Below are positions 8,722-16,907 of a stretch of 64,000 nucleotides of DNA, in pieces. The notes beneath the pieces are model-generated. The model worked only from the letters and a program-made list of their open reading frames with translations, did not search any database and had not been told where the DNA came from. Numbering within the stretch: the stretch's first letter is position 1; the number at the start of each line of letters is the position of its first letter. Position numbers and translations under genes: made by a program. The DNA lies in assembly GCA_038243585.1 (NCBI GenBank), contig JBBSQY010000004.1, positions 1-64,000 of the forward strand. Reading direction: 5' to 3'. The DNA is from Candidatus Sumerlaeales bacterium (GTDB taxonomy: Bacteria > Sumerlaeota > Sumerlaeia > Sumerlaeales > Sumerlaeaceae).

Positions 8722-11265
8722 TTGATGACATGGATTAAGGGTTTAAGTCCAGCAGTTCGCGATATTTTGGTTTTGGTGGCACTGGGTGCGGGGCTTTGGC
8801 TTACGTCGTGTGGGATGTGGGACTTAAGGGGGCCGGACGAAGGGCGGTATACGCAGATCGCCAAGGAGCTTCTTACGCGGCATAATTGGTTTTATCTGTC
8901 GGTCAATGGAGCGCCTTATGACCAGAAGCCGCCGTTAGCTTTCTGGCTGTTTGCGGGTATGTTGAAGTTGACCGGGGGTGATGTTGCCAGCTGGGCGCTG
9001 CGGCTTCCGGCCGTTTTGGCTGCTATTGCCACGGTCATCATGACCTACTTTCTGGGTCGCGACAGCTTCGGTCGACGTTCGGGCTTCTTTGCTGCACTGA
9101 TGCTTATGACGTCTCCGCTGTTTATGGAAAACGCGCCTACTGTGGAACTTAATATGCTGTTCACGGCGTTTATTACGGGGTCTTTGTGCGCGTGGATTAC
9201 TCGGCCCTTGGATTCGGGGCCGGTTAGCGCCGCGCGATGCCTTGTGTTTTGGGGCTGTCTGGCGGCGGCTTTTTTTGTTAAGGGGCCGTTGGCTATTATC
9301 ATCGTGTTGTCGGTGGTTGGGTGGGAGGCCTGGTCACGCAGAAGCTGGTCTGTTGCACGATCAATTTATCCGGTGTTTGGCATCGTGGGATTGGGTGTGC
9401 TTATCGGCGGATGGCTCTATCTGCAGGGGCTAATTCATGGGGCTGATTTTGTGAAGGGACAGGTGGCGGGAGAGACGTATAAGCGGGTGCTGGACGGGGC
9501 TCACAGTGAGCCGTTCTGGTATTATCTACCACGGATATTTAGCAGCGTCTTATTTCCCTGGGTGTGGCTGGTGTTTCCGGCGGTGGCCATGGCCTTTATG
9601 AAACCTCGCGGGAGGCGGGAGATTGGTTTCGCTGCGAGGCCTTATTTTGCATGGATTGGGTTTCCGTTTGTGCTGCTTTGCTTTGCGCAGGGTAAACGTC
9701 AGGCGTATCTTTTGCCGTTATTGCCAGCGGCTACGGTTCTGCTTGGTGCTTTCTTTGATCGATCTTTTGCTGACAAACGGTTGCCTGTCAGCGTGAGACG
9801 AGTCGGTGCGGGGGGCGTTGGTGCAGTGGGTTTGCTGATGGCGGGGGCGGGGGCTTTTGCTGCCATGTATCCGGAGCGGGTGCGTAATGATGTTGTGTGG
9901 GTTTCGGCAGCGGGCATGACGCTGTTAATCGTTTGCGGCCTGGCGATACTTTATATCGGGTGGCGGATACTTAGGGCGTCGCGATACTGGAAGGATTTCC
10001 TTTATGGTGGGGTTGCTTTGATCATGGTTGGCGCATGGGCGAATTTCATGGTTGTGCGTCCGGCGTTTGATCCGTCTAAGAGTACCCGTTACCTGAGCAA
10101 TGCACTGGACCTGGAGCTAACGCAAGGTGGGGGTGGACGGGAGCCTGAGGGGGGAGTGGTTGGCGCTATCGGGGGCGCGTCGAAAGCGGAGTATCATGTG
10201 TATGGGCATTATGCGTTGCGGACATTTGAGATCGCGGAAGCGTTAGGATTAACATCTCAAACGGTCGGTGGTGTACTACCCAATCTTGTTGTTTTGAAAA
10301 ATGACGGTGAACGGTTTGAAAAAATTGCTGCTTCACTGATACAGGCCGGCTATACTCAAAGAAGGTCACTTGTTATCTCGAAGGATGATCTTATGCTGTT
10401 CCGAAAGCCGGTGAGTTCCGGTGGGGACACGCAGAGTAAGCCGATGAATTTTCTGTTAGCGGGAGACACAGGCAGCGGGAAACCGCAGATTTACAATATT
10501 GTCAGAGAGATGACCAAGCGCCATTTGGCTAACGCTGTGGACGGGATATTTTTGCTGGGCGATAACCTTTATGACGGGCACAGTGTCGCCCGATCGCTTC
10601 AGACATTATTTACGGAGCCATTCGCTCCATTGCTGTCGCGTAATATCCCTTTTTATGCGGCACTCGGGAATCACGATTATCATAGTGGACGGGCGCGCGG
10701 GGAGGTTGAGTTTGCGCCGTTTAAGATGGTTGGACGCAGATACTACTCTCTGGATTATGGCGTTGGTCAAGATTCGGTGTCGTTCTTTGTGTGCGACTCG
10801 GAGTCTTTGAAATCGGGTGATGAGGCTCAGCTTCAATGGTTGACCTCAGCGGTGGGCACCAGCAACTCGGTTTGGAAAATTCTGTTGCTACACACGCCGT
10901 TGGAAGCGACGGAGTTTCATCATGGACCTTCTGGGCAGCTGCGTCATTTATTGCAGCCTGTGATGGGGGAAGTGGACGTGGTTTTTTCCGGGCACAATCA
11001 CATTTATGAACGCCGGGAAATAGTCGATGGAACTTTGCACGTTACGTCGGGTTCAGGCGGTCAGCTGACTACGGGAACCATGACGCCGGATAAGGGCCGG
11101 GCAGTAGGATACAATAAGCTGGGTTCGTTTGTCCAAATGGAAATTAACGGAGGCGCTATGGCGCTCACTGTGCGTAACGAAAATGGCCATACGGTTGATC
11201 ATGTGATTCTGCGTAGCGATGCGGACGGAAGTGGTTTTGAGATAGAAGATGGGCGGGGCGGCTAA
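8722..11265 (+). CDS. ArnT/PMT-like GT-C glycosyltransferase fused to a calcineurin-like metallophosphoesterase
   Basis: N-terminal DEGRY..IAKE, KPPL, LRLP, KGP, EPFWYY, K...YLLP; C-terminal GDTG, LGDN.Y, GNHDY, H, SGHNH.YER. Confidence 0.88.
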   Translation: MMTWIKGLSPAVRDILVLVALGAGLWLTSCGMWDLRGPDEGRYTQIAKELLTRHNWFYLSVNGAPYDQKPPLAFWLFAGMLKLTGGDVASWALRLPAVLAAIATVIMTYFLGRDSFGRRSGFFAALMLMTSPLFMENAPTVELNMLFTAFITGSLCAWITRPLDSGPVSAARCLVFWGCLAAAFFVKGPLAIIIVLSVVGWEAWSRRSWSVARSIYPVFGIVGLGVLIGGWLYLQGLIHGADFVKGQVAGETYKRVLDGAHSEPFWYYLPRIFSSVLFPWVWLVFPAVAMAFMKPRGRREIGFAARPYFAWIGFPFVLLCFAQGKRQAYLLPLLPAATVLLGAFFDRSFADKRLPVSVRRVGAGGVGAVGLLMAGAGAFAAMYPERVRNDVVWVSAAGMTLLIVCGLAILYIGWRILRASRYWKDFLYGGVALIMVGAWANFMVVRPAFDPSKSTRYLSNALDLELTQGGGGREPEGGVVGAIGGASKAEYHVYGHYALRTFEIAEALGLTSQTVGGVLPNLVVLKNDGERFEKIAASLIQAGYTQRRSLVISKDDLMLFRKPVSSGGDTQSKPMNFLLAGDTGSGKPQIYNIVREMTKRHLANAVDGIFLLGDNLYDGHSVARSLQTLFTEPFAPLLSRNIPFYAALGNHDYHSGRARGEVEFAPFKMVGRRYYSLDYGVGQDSVSFFVCDSESLKSGDEAQLQWLTSAVGTSNSVWKILLLHTPLEATEFHHGPSGQLRHLLQPVMGEVDVVFSGHNHIYERREIVDGTLHVTSGSGGQLTTGTMTPDKGRAVGYNKLGSFVQMEINGGAMALTVRNENGHTVDHVILRSDADGSGFEIEDGRGG

Positions 11266-11291
11266 CGGTTGGAGATGACCATGGCTCCTGA

Positions 11292-12095
11292 TCAGTGGCG
11301 GGTCGGAGATATATGTCTGCTTCTATACCAGCGGATTCCTATAAGATCATAGAGGCCCACAAACAGCCGGTTGCCGACTCCGTATTTGGAATATCCATGG
11401 ATGCGGGGGTGGTGGGCGACGGGCATTTGAATTACGCGGCAGCCGTGGATTTTTAATATTGTGGGTAGGAACCGATGGAGCGCGCGGAATGCGGGCAGTT
11501 GCTGCAGAGCGTCGCTTCGGATCGCCCGGAAACAACAGCCGGCATCAAGGATGTCGTCTTGTAAGATCCACTGGCGGACTTTATTGGCAATTTTGGAAGA
11601 CAGCCTTTTGGCCGTGGAGTCCTGGCGGTTTTGCCTGACACCGCATACGGCGTCGGCATGGCGCAGCAGTTCAAGCATGGCTGGAATGTCTGCCGGATCA
11701 TTCTGCAGATCTGCGTCCATGCTGATGACGATGTCGCCTTGCGAATGCTGTATCCCGGTCAGCAGGGCGGCGCTTTGACCAAAGTTTGATGTGTGGAATA
11801 TGCCACGCAGACGCGTATCGTCTTTTGCCAGATTTCGAAGAATTTCGGCTGTCGCGTCAGTGCTGGCATCGTCGATAAAAATGAGTTCATAGGATTTTGT
11901 GCAGGTTTCAAGAGACTGATGAAGCCGCTGGATAAGTGGTACCAGGTTCTCCTGTTCGTTGTAGCAGGGAATTATGACCGACAACTGCAACTTGCGGTGT
12001 GTTGCCCTGGCGATATCGGTCAATGTATCATTCTCAGCCGTTTTTAAAGATTGTTCCGCGAGAAATTCGCGGTGGTAAAGTCGAACATTTCTCAT
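11292..12095 (-). CDS. GT2 polyprenol-phosphate glycosyltransferase (ArnC/DPM1-like)
   Basis: SVIIPCYNE, IDDASTD, NFGQSAA, MDADLQNDP, HRFLP, R..G.SKYG. Confidence 0.92.
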   Translation of the reverse strand: MRNVRLYHREFLAEQSLKTAENDTLTDIARATHRKLQLSVIIPCYNEQENLVPLIQRLHQSLETCTKSYELIFIDDASTDATAEILRNLAKDDTRLRGIFHTSNFGQSAALLTGIQHSQGDIVISMDADLQNDPADIPAMLELLRHADAVCGVRQNRQDSTAKRLSSKIANKVRQWILQDDILDAGCCFRAIRSDALQQLPAFRALHRFLPTILKIHGCRVIQMPVAHHPRIHGYSKYGVGNRLFVGLYDLIGIRWYRSRHISPTRH

Positions 12096-12193
12096 TCAAA
12101 TCCAGTCATGCTTTTGATCTCATAAAGTGCCCTCGTCTGACCCCGACCGTGCATCATGAGAGAGCAGATAGTCTGTCTGAATTGATGATTACC

Positions 12194-12217
12194 GAATGAA
12201 GATTACCGTAAGATTAC
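12194..12217 (-). promoter_or_regulatory. Tandem direct-repeat box, putative OmpR-family binding site
   Basis: Minus strand GTAATCTTACGGTAATCTTCATTC, about 100 bp upstream of the GT2 start. Confidence 0.65.
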
Positions 12218-12331
12218 GCAGGCCGAAAAACCGACAGCTATTTGCTTATATGCCGTATAACTTGGGCCTGCGCGTTGTTTTGGAACCCGAAGTGTTAGAA
12301 TGGAGTTATACGGTATGTTGCGGAAGCATTA

Positions 12332-13174
12332 TTGGTGGAGTGCTTAGTGTCGAGTGTATCTCAACGTTCGGACATACCAGGTTCGTCGATCGGCAGCGAT
12401 TCTCAGCAGCGCCTTAGTTTAAAAGATTATTTTAACATTGGTGCCGTCGCGGCATTTTTTATTGGAGCCGCCTATGCCATGGACAACGCCTGGATTCGCG
12501 ATGAGCTGTTTAACATGGACCACCTGCGAGCACGCTTTCAGAATCACGAACCTCATGTGCAATTGCTGTTTCTGTTGGCCGCGGCCGGACTAAATGCCGT
12601 TGGGGTACCGCGGATTTGGGTAAGCGCTGTGGCAGGGACGCTGTTTGGCGCTGTCGGAGGCGCTGCCATCGCCCTTGTCGCAACCCTAGGCGGGAGCTCT
12701 ATTAATTTCTTTGCTGGTCGCCACATCCTCCGAGCTTCGTTGCTGCGCATGCTGCCGGGACGAATGCTGAAGTGGGTTGATTCCTTTAGTCATCAAGGTT
12801 TTCGATTCGTCATTTATCTCCGGTTGTTTCCCCTTACTAACTCGACGTTAACCAATTTTGTGTGCGGCGTTTCCTCAATCCGCTTTACGACTTTCATTGC
12901 GGCCACAATACTTGGCTATCTGCCATTGACCATCATCTTTGCAACTCTTGGTAGTTCGGCCGCCAAGGCGAACCACCTGCAGATGGGTATTGGACTGGCG
13001 TTGTTCGTGGCTCTTTCAGGCGGACGCCGCATAGCTAAGAAGATCGGTTTGGGAGATTTTTTCTCAAAGTGCCGGGAACCGCGTGATGGGCAAAGTCATC
13101 CCGTTGTCCGGTCCCGTGACCGCGGCGAATCGAATAGCGCCGACTTCTTTGTCGCCGAAGAAGTGAAGGGGTAG
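12332..13174 (+). CDS. TVP38/TMEM64 (DedA/VTT) family membrane protein
   Basis: G.P......AG.LFG...G, LRLFPL, NFVCG.S.I....F..AT..G..P. Confidence 0.85.
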   Translation: MVECLVSSVSQRSDIPGSSIGSDSQQRLSLKDYFNIGAVAAFFIGAAYAMDNAWIRDELFNMDHLRARFQNHEPHVQLLFLLAAAGLNAVGVPRIWVSAVAGTLFGAVGGAAIALVATLGGSSINFFAGRHILRASLLRMLPGRMLKWVDSFSHQGFRFVIYLRLFPLTNSTLTNFVCGVSSIRFTTFIAATILGYLPLTIIFATLGSSAAKANHLQMGIGLALFVALSGGRRIAKKIGLGDFFSKCREPRDGQSHPVVRSRDRGESNSADFFVAEEVKG

Positions 13175-13178
13175 GCTA

Positions 13179-13871
13179 TTGCGACTTCTCGTGGTTGAAG
13201 ACTCTCGCAGGCTTCGCCAATCCCTTGAAGAGGGATTGCGCCGAACCGGCTATGCAGTGGACACCGCCGCCGACGGGCAGCAAGGTTATGAAATGGCCAG
13301 AGCTGGATCCTACGACGTCATTGTTCTGGATTTAATGTTGCCAAATATGAACGGAATTGAAATTATCCGGAAACTACGGCAGCAGCACAATGACGTGTAT
13401 ATTCTCATTCTCACGGCTCGCGACGCTGTCGAGTACCGGGTGGAAGGGTTGCGGATGGGCGCAGATGATTACCTCGTAAAGCCCTTTGCTTTTGATGAGC
13501 TCGTTGCGCGCATTCAGACCCTGGTTCGGAGAAAACACGGTTTGAAAAACCCTTTGGTTGTTGTCGGGCCTCTTGAGATAAACACGTCGTCAAGAACTGC
13601 CGCGCGTAACGGATCAGTTCTAGATTTGACAGCGCGGGAGTTTGCTCTTCTTGAGTACCTGGCTCTGCGAAAAGGGCACATCGTCAGTCGCACTGAAATT
13701 GAAGAACATATTTATGATGGACGCATCGAGCCGGCGAGTAATGTTGTGGATTCTGCCGTTTGCGTGTTACGGAAAAAAATAGATCAGCCAGACCATGGTG
13801 CTAAAGATTCGCTGATTCAGACTAAGCGAAACGTTGGCTATGTGCTTGACGCGGTGGACACTGAAGCTTGA
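13179..13871 (+). CDS. OmpR/PhoB family response regulator
   Basis: LLVVED, VLDLMLP, ILTAR, GADDYLVKPF, and winged-helix LTAREF..LEYL, LRKKID, TKRNVGY. Confidence 0.95.
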   Translation: MRLLVVEDSRRLRQSLEEGLRRTGYAVDTAADGQQGYEMARAGSYDVIVLDLMLPNMNGIEIIRKLRQQHNDVYILILTARDAVEYRVEGLRMGADDYLVKPFAFDELVARIQTLVRRKHGLKNPLVVVGPLEINTSSRTAARNGSVLDLTAREFALLEYLALRKGHIVSRTEIEEHIYDGRIEPASNVVDSAVCVLRKKIDQPDHGAKDSLIQTKRNVGYVLDAVDTEA

Positions 13872-15328
13872 CGTCCATACGAAAAACACTTATCTTTTCG
13901 ATCGTCGGCGGGCTTCTGCTCCTGACAGTCATTTCAGGATTTCTCGGCTTCTTTTGGGCGAGGCACTCGCTGACTCATCAGTTTGATACCATCCTTGCGG
14001 CGAAGGCTCGCGCCATCGCTAATCTTGTTGAAGATGAGGAAGGTGAAATCCACTTCGAGTTCTCTGACGGTAATATGCCGGAATTCCTATCAGAAAAATC
14101 CGACCACTTCTTTCAGGTTTGGAGTCCGGATGGGAGCGTGTTGGCGAGATCGAAGTCTCTCGCCGGGCAGAATCTGCCGCAACAGTGGGGATCCCCCAAG
14201 GACCCGGAGGCATCTGTTACTGAACTACGTAGTGGAGTAAACGTAAGAACCGTTGGCTTTCAGTTTGATCCGATCCAGGAAAAGAACGAAGTCAGGTTTG
14301 TCGGTCCGTCGAAGGGCGGGAAAGCCGCTATAGCGGTAGCGCGCGACACGACAGACCTTGAAGCTATTCTGGCTAAAGTCCTTTTGATTATTGTCAGTTG
14401 TGTGCTTTTGCTTCCAGCGGCGTCTGCCGTGGTCGTAAGTATCGCCGTCAGCCGCGGATTAAGGCCGCTCGGTGCCTTAGCCGGAAGGGTGGCGGAGATT
14501 AGTGCGTCTTCCCTGAAAACCCACATCAATGACGGTGAAGGGGTCGTCGAGCTTCAGCCGATCACTGCACGGTTAAACGACCTGCTTGCCAGACTGGACA
14601 TAGCGTTTGACCGAGAAAGGCGTTTTGCCATGGACGCCTCTCATGAACTTCGTACGCCCCTGGCGGAAAGCCGTACGGCATTGGAGATCGCCCTTAAATG
14701 GCCGGAGGACCAACAACTACTGCTTGGCTCAGCGAACCACGCGCTTGATGCAACTTACCAGATGGAAGCAATGGTAGCGGCGCTGCTCTCGCTTGCCAGG
14801 GCAGAGTCGGGCAGTGCAGACGGGCCAGTGGAAAGTATCGATCTTCCAGATGTTGTTCGGCACTGTTTTGACCATGTTCGCGACTTGATAACGAAAAAGA
14901 ATCTGGAATTATCCATGAGCGAATGGGACGTTATCAATATTTCTACTAATAAGCCCCTGGCTACTGCCATCATAACAAATTTGGTTTCAAACGCCGTGCA
15001 ATACGCGCCTGTCATGTCCACTATCCAATGTGACATCATTCAAAAAGTTGATGAGAATCGTGTTGGCTTGCGGGTGATAAATAGCATGGCGGTGCCTTTA
15101 TCGGACGACGATCTCGACAAGCTTTTTGAACCGCTTTGGAGAAAAGATAAATCCCGCACTGGCGATGAAGTGACTCCAGAAGTCCACTTCGGTCTGGGAC
15201 TGGCGCTGGTAAAAGCCTATTGTGAGAAACTCGGAGTTCCTGTTCACGTGTCTCTAAGCGGTCAAATGTTTATTATAGAGCTTAGTTTTTCAGGCACATG
15301 TCGCCTGAGTAAAAGACGGGCTTCATAA
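13868..15328 (+). CDS. Sensor histidine kinase (HAMP, HisKA, HATPase)
   Basis: Two TM segments; DASHELRTPL, NLVSNAVQY, LFEPLWR.D.SR, GLGLAL. Overlaps the response regulator stop. Confidence 0.93.
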   Translation: MTSIRKTLIFSIVGGLLLLTVISGFLGFFWARHSLTHQFDTILAAKARAIANLVEDEEGEIHFEFSDGNMPEFLSEKSDHFFQVWSPDGSVLARSKSLAGQNLPQQWGSPKDPEASVTELRSGVNVRTVGFQFDPIQEKNEVRFVGPSKGGKAAIAVARDTTDLEAILAKVLLIIVSCVLLLPAASAVVVSIAVSRGLRPLGALAGRVAEISASSLKTHINDGEGVVELQPITARLNDLLARLDIAFDRERRFAMDASHELRTPLAESRTALEIALKWPEDQQLLLGSANHALDATYQMEAMVAALLSLARAESGSADGPVESIDLPDVVRHCFDHVRDLITKKNLELSMSEWDVINISTNKPLATAIITNLVSNAVQYAPVMSTIQCDIIQKVDENRVGLRVINSMAVPLSDDDLDKLFEPLWRKDKSRTGDEVTPEVHFGLGLALVKAYCEKLGVPVHVSLSGQMFIIELSFSGTCRLSKRRAS

Positions 15329-15642
15329 CCGCTTCAGCAGTGAAATCCATTGCTGTGACTGGCGCTGAAGCGGAACAAAAGCCACGCTGAAGCGCGCTAT
15401 AACCGTAAACAAATTACTAACACCCCTCATAAATGAGGGTGCAAAGAGGGATCCGGCTAAAGCCGGAAACTTGTGGTCGTAATCATCGTGCATTTTGCTG
15501 AATTGCACCCGTTTCCCGGGAACCTATAAACAAGTAAACACAGATTTTAATATGCAGAGGACAGACAAAACGAAGCACTTAAAAGTTTAAACCAAAGCGC
15601 TGCTGTCCGATCGAATTCTACTGTATACTGCCAGATACACTT

Positions 15643-15677
15643 AAAAACCCCCGGTTTCTGAAGCAAACCGGGGGGGG
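15643..15677 (-). terminator. Intrinsic terminator after the 15711 gene
   Basis: CCCCCGGTTT...AAACCGGGGG stem with an A-run on the left (U-tract on the minus strand). Confidence 0.75.
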
Positions 15678-15710
15678 CTCATGTTTGGTTTAAAGTTCGG
15701 GCAAACGGAT

Positions 15711-16817
15711 TTACTGCCCTGGCTGGTACAGGGACCAATCGCTTACGGCGGCTGGAGGGATTGTGTACTTGGTTACCGAGTTGTTTGTGTAGAGGACGTA
15801 GATGCTGTTGTTTGTGGAATCCACGTGAACATCGCCCGAGCCGTTGCCGTTGGCTTTGGCACCCCCGGTGAACTCTGAACCGAAACCGAAGTAGTCCGTT
15901 TGTAGGTCTGACAGGCGAAAGACGAGAATTGGTTTATCTTTGGTGTTTGCGGCGGACGGCCCAATTCCGAGCACGACGCTCTTTACACCTTGGACTAAAC
16001 CTACGTCAAACGGCCCGTATGCCGGTGCTGCGCCTTGGCTGGGCAGATCATTGCCCAACCCTGTTGCGCCATTGGCGGTGTTGCCACTAATGTCGTAGGC
16101 CCTGGCAAGTTCACCAAAGGTGCCACGGTAGAAAAATCGGTTTGGTGTGGTCGAATCCCACAAGATGTGAGGCATGCCCGCCCCTAGAGGATTAAGTGTT
16201 AAAGCGGTATGGGAAAACGTAAGTCCTCCATCGGTCGTTGTAAAGAGGCTCACACTGCCGGGCGTACCTGCCACCAGGATTTTCGTATCGTTGCCAGTGC
16301 CGATAATATCTACGTCATCGCCGAGTCGGGTGTTAATCCCTGGTCCGCCGTTGCCGGTAAAATTATCTGTGCGAATATCAGCAGCAATAGTCTGAGGTGT
16401 GGATTCATTGGTATGTCTGAAAATTCTGAAGTGTTGCTCAGCACTTGTGCTACCGCCGGCGGCGAGGTTCATAACGTAGATAACCCCATCGTCGCTCACG
16501 GCCACCTTATTAATAACGAAAGTGGAACCGGAGCTGATATAGCTGTTGGGAATGACTGCCGGATCTTTTAATACGCCGGTGGCGGGATTAAGACGACGCA
16601 CAAAGTTTCCGTTGCTCCGGCTGGCAACAAGCAAGCTGCCGCCTGTGGCCGGGTTGGTGTTTAATGCCATGCTGCGAGCGGCATCCCCTCCGGCAAGGAT
16701 ATAGTTGCTTTGCGGATCGTCTGCCTGCACTTTCCATTCTAATGTAAGTGTTGTTTGAGCCACGGCAGACGGCAACAAGGTGCCCAGGATAGCTGCTGAG
16801 AAAAAATACTTTATCAT
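15711..16817 (-). CDS. Secreted beta-rich (propeller-like) hypothetical protein with C-terminal AAVSDWSLY motif
   Basis: Signal peptide; Gly/Asn/Thr-rich beta-strand pattern; short terminal motif shared with the 16908 gene. Confidence 0.7.
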   Translation of the reverse strand: MIKYFFSAAILGTLLPSAVAQTTLTLEWKVQADDPQSNYILAGGDAARSMALNTNPATGGSLLVASRSNGNFVRRLNPATGVLKDPAVIPNSYISSGSTFVINKVAVSDDGVIYVMNLAAGGSTSAEQHFRIFRHTNESTPQTIAADIRTDNFTGNGGPGINTRLGDDVDIIGTGNDTKILVAGTPGSVSLFTTTDGGLTFSHTALTLNPLGAGMPHILWDSTTPNRFFYRGTFGELARAYDISGNTANGATGLGNDLPSQGAAPAYGPFDVGLVQGVKSVVLGIGPSAANTKDKPILVFRLSDLQTDYFGFGSEFTGGAKANGNGSGDVHVDSTNNSIYVLYTNNSVTKYTIPPAAVSDWSLYQPGQ

Positions 16818-16907
16818 TAACTTCAGTTCCTTTTCTTAGACCTATAGTATAGTAACGTTTGGGCTCAGTTGACGTTTCTATACGTCATTAAAACATTTCC
16901 TGACCGT

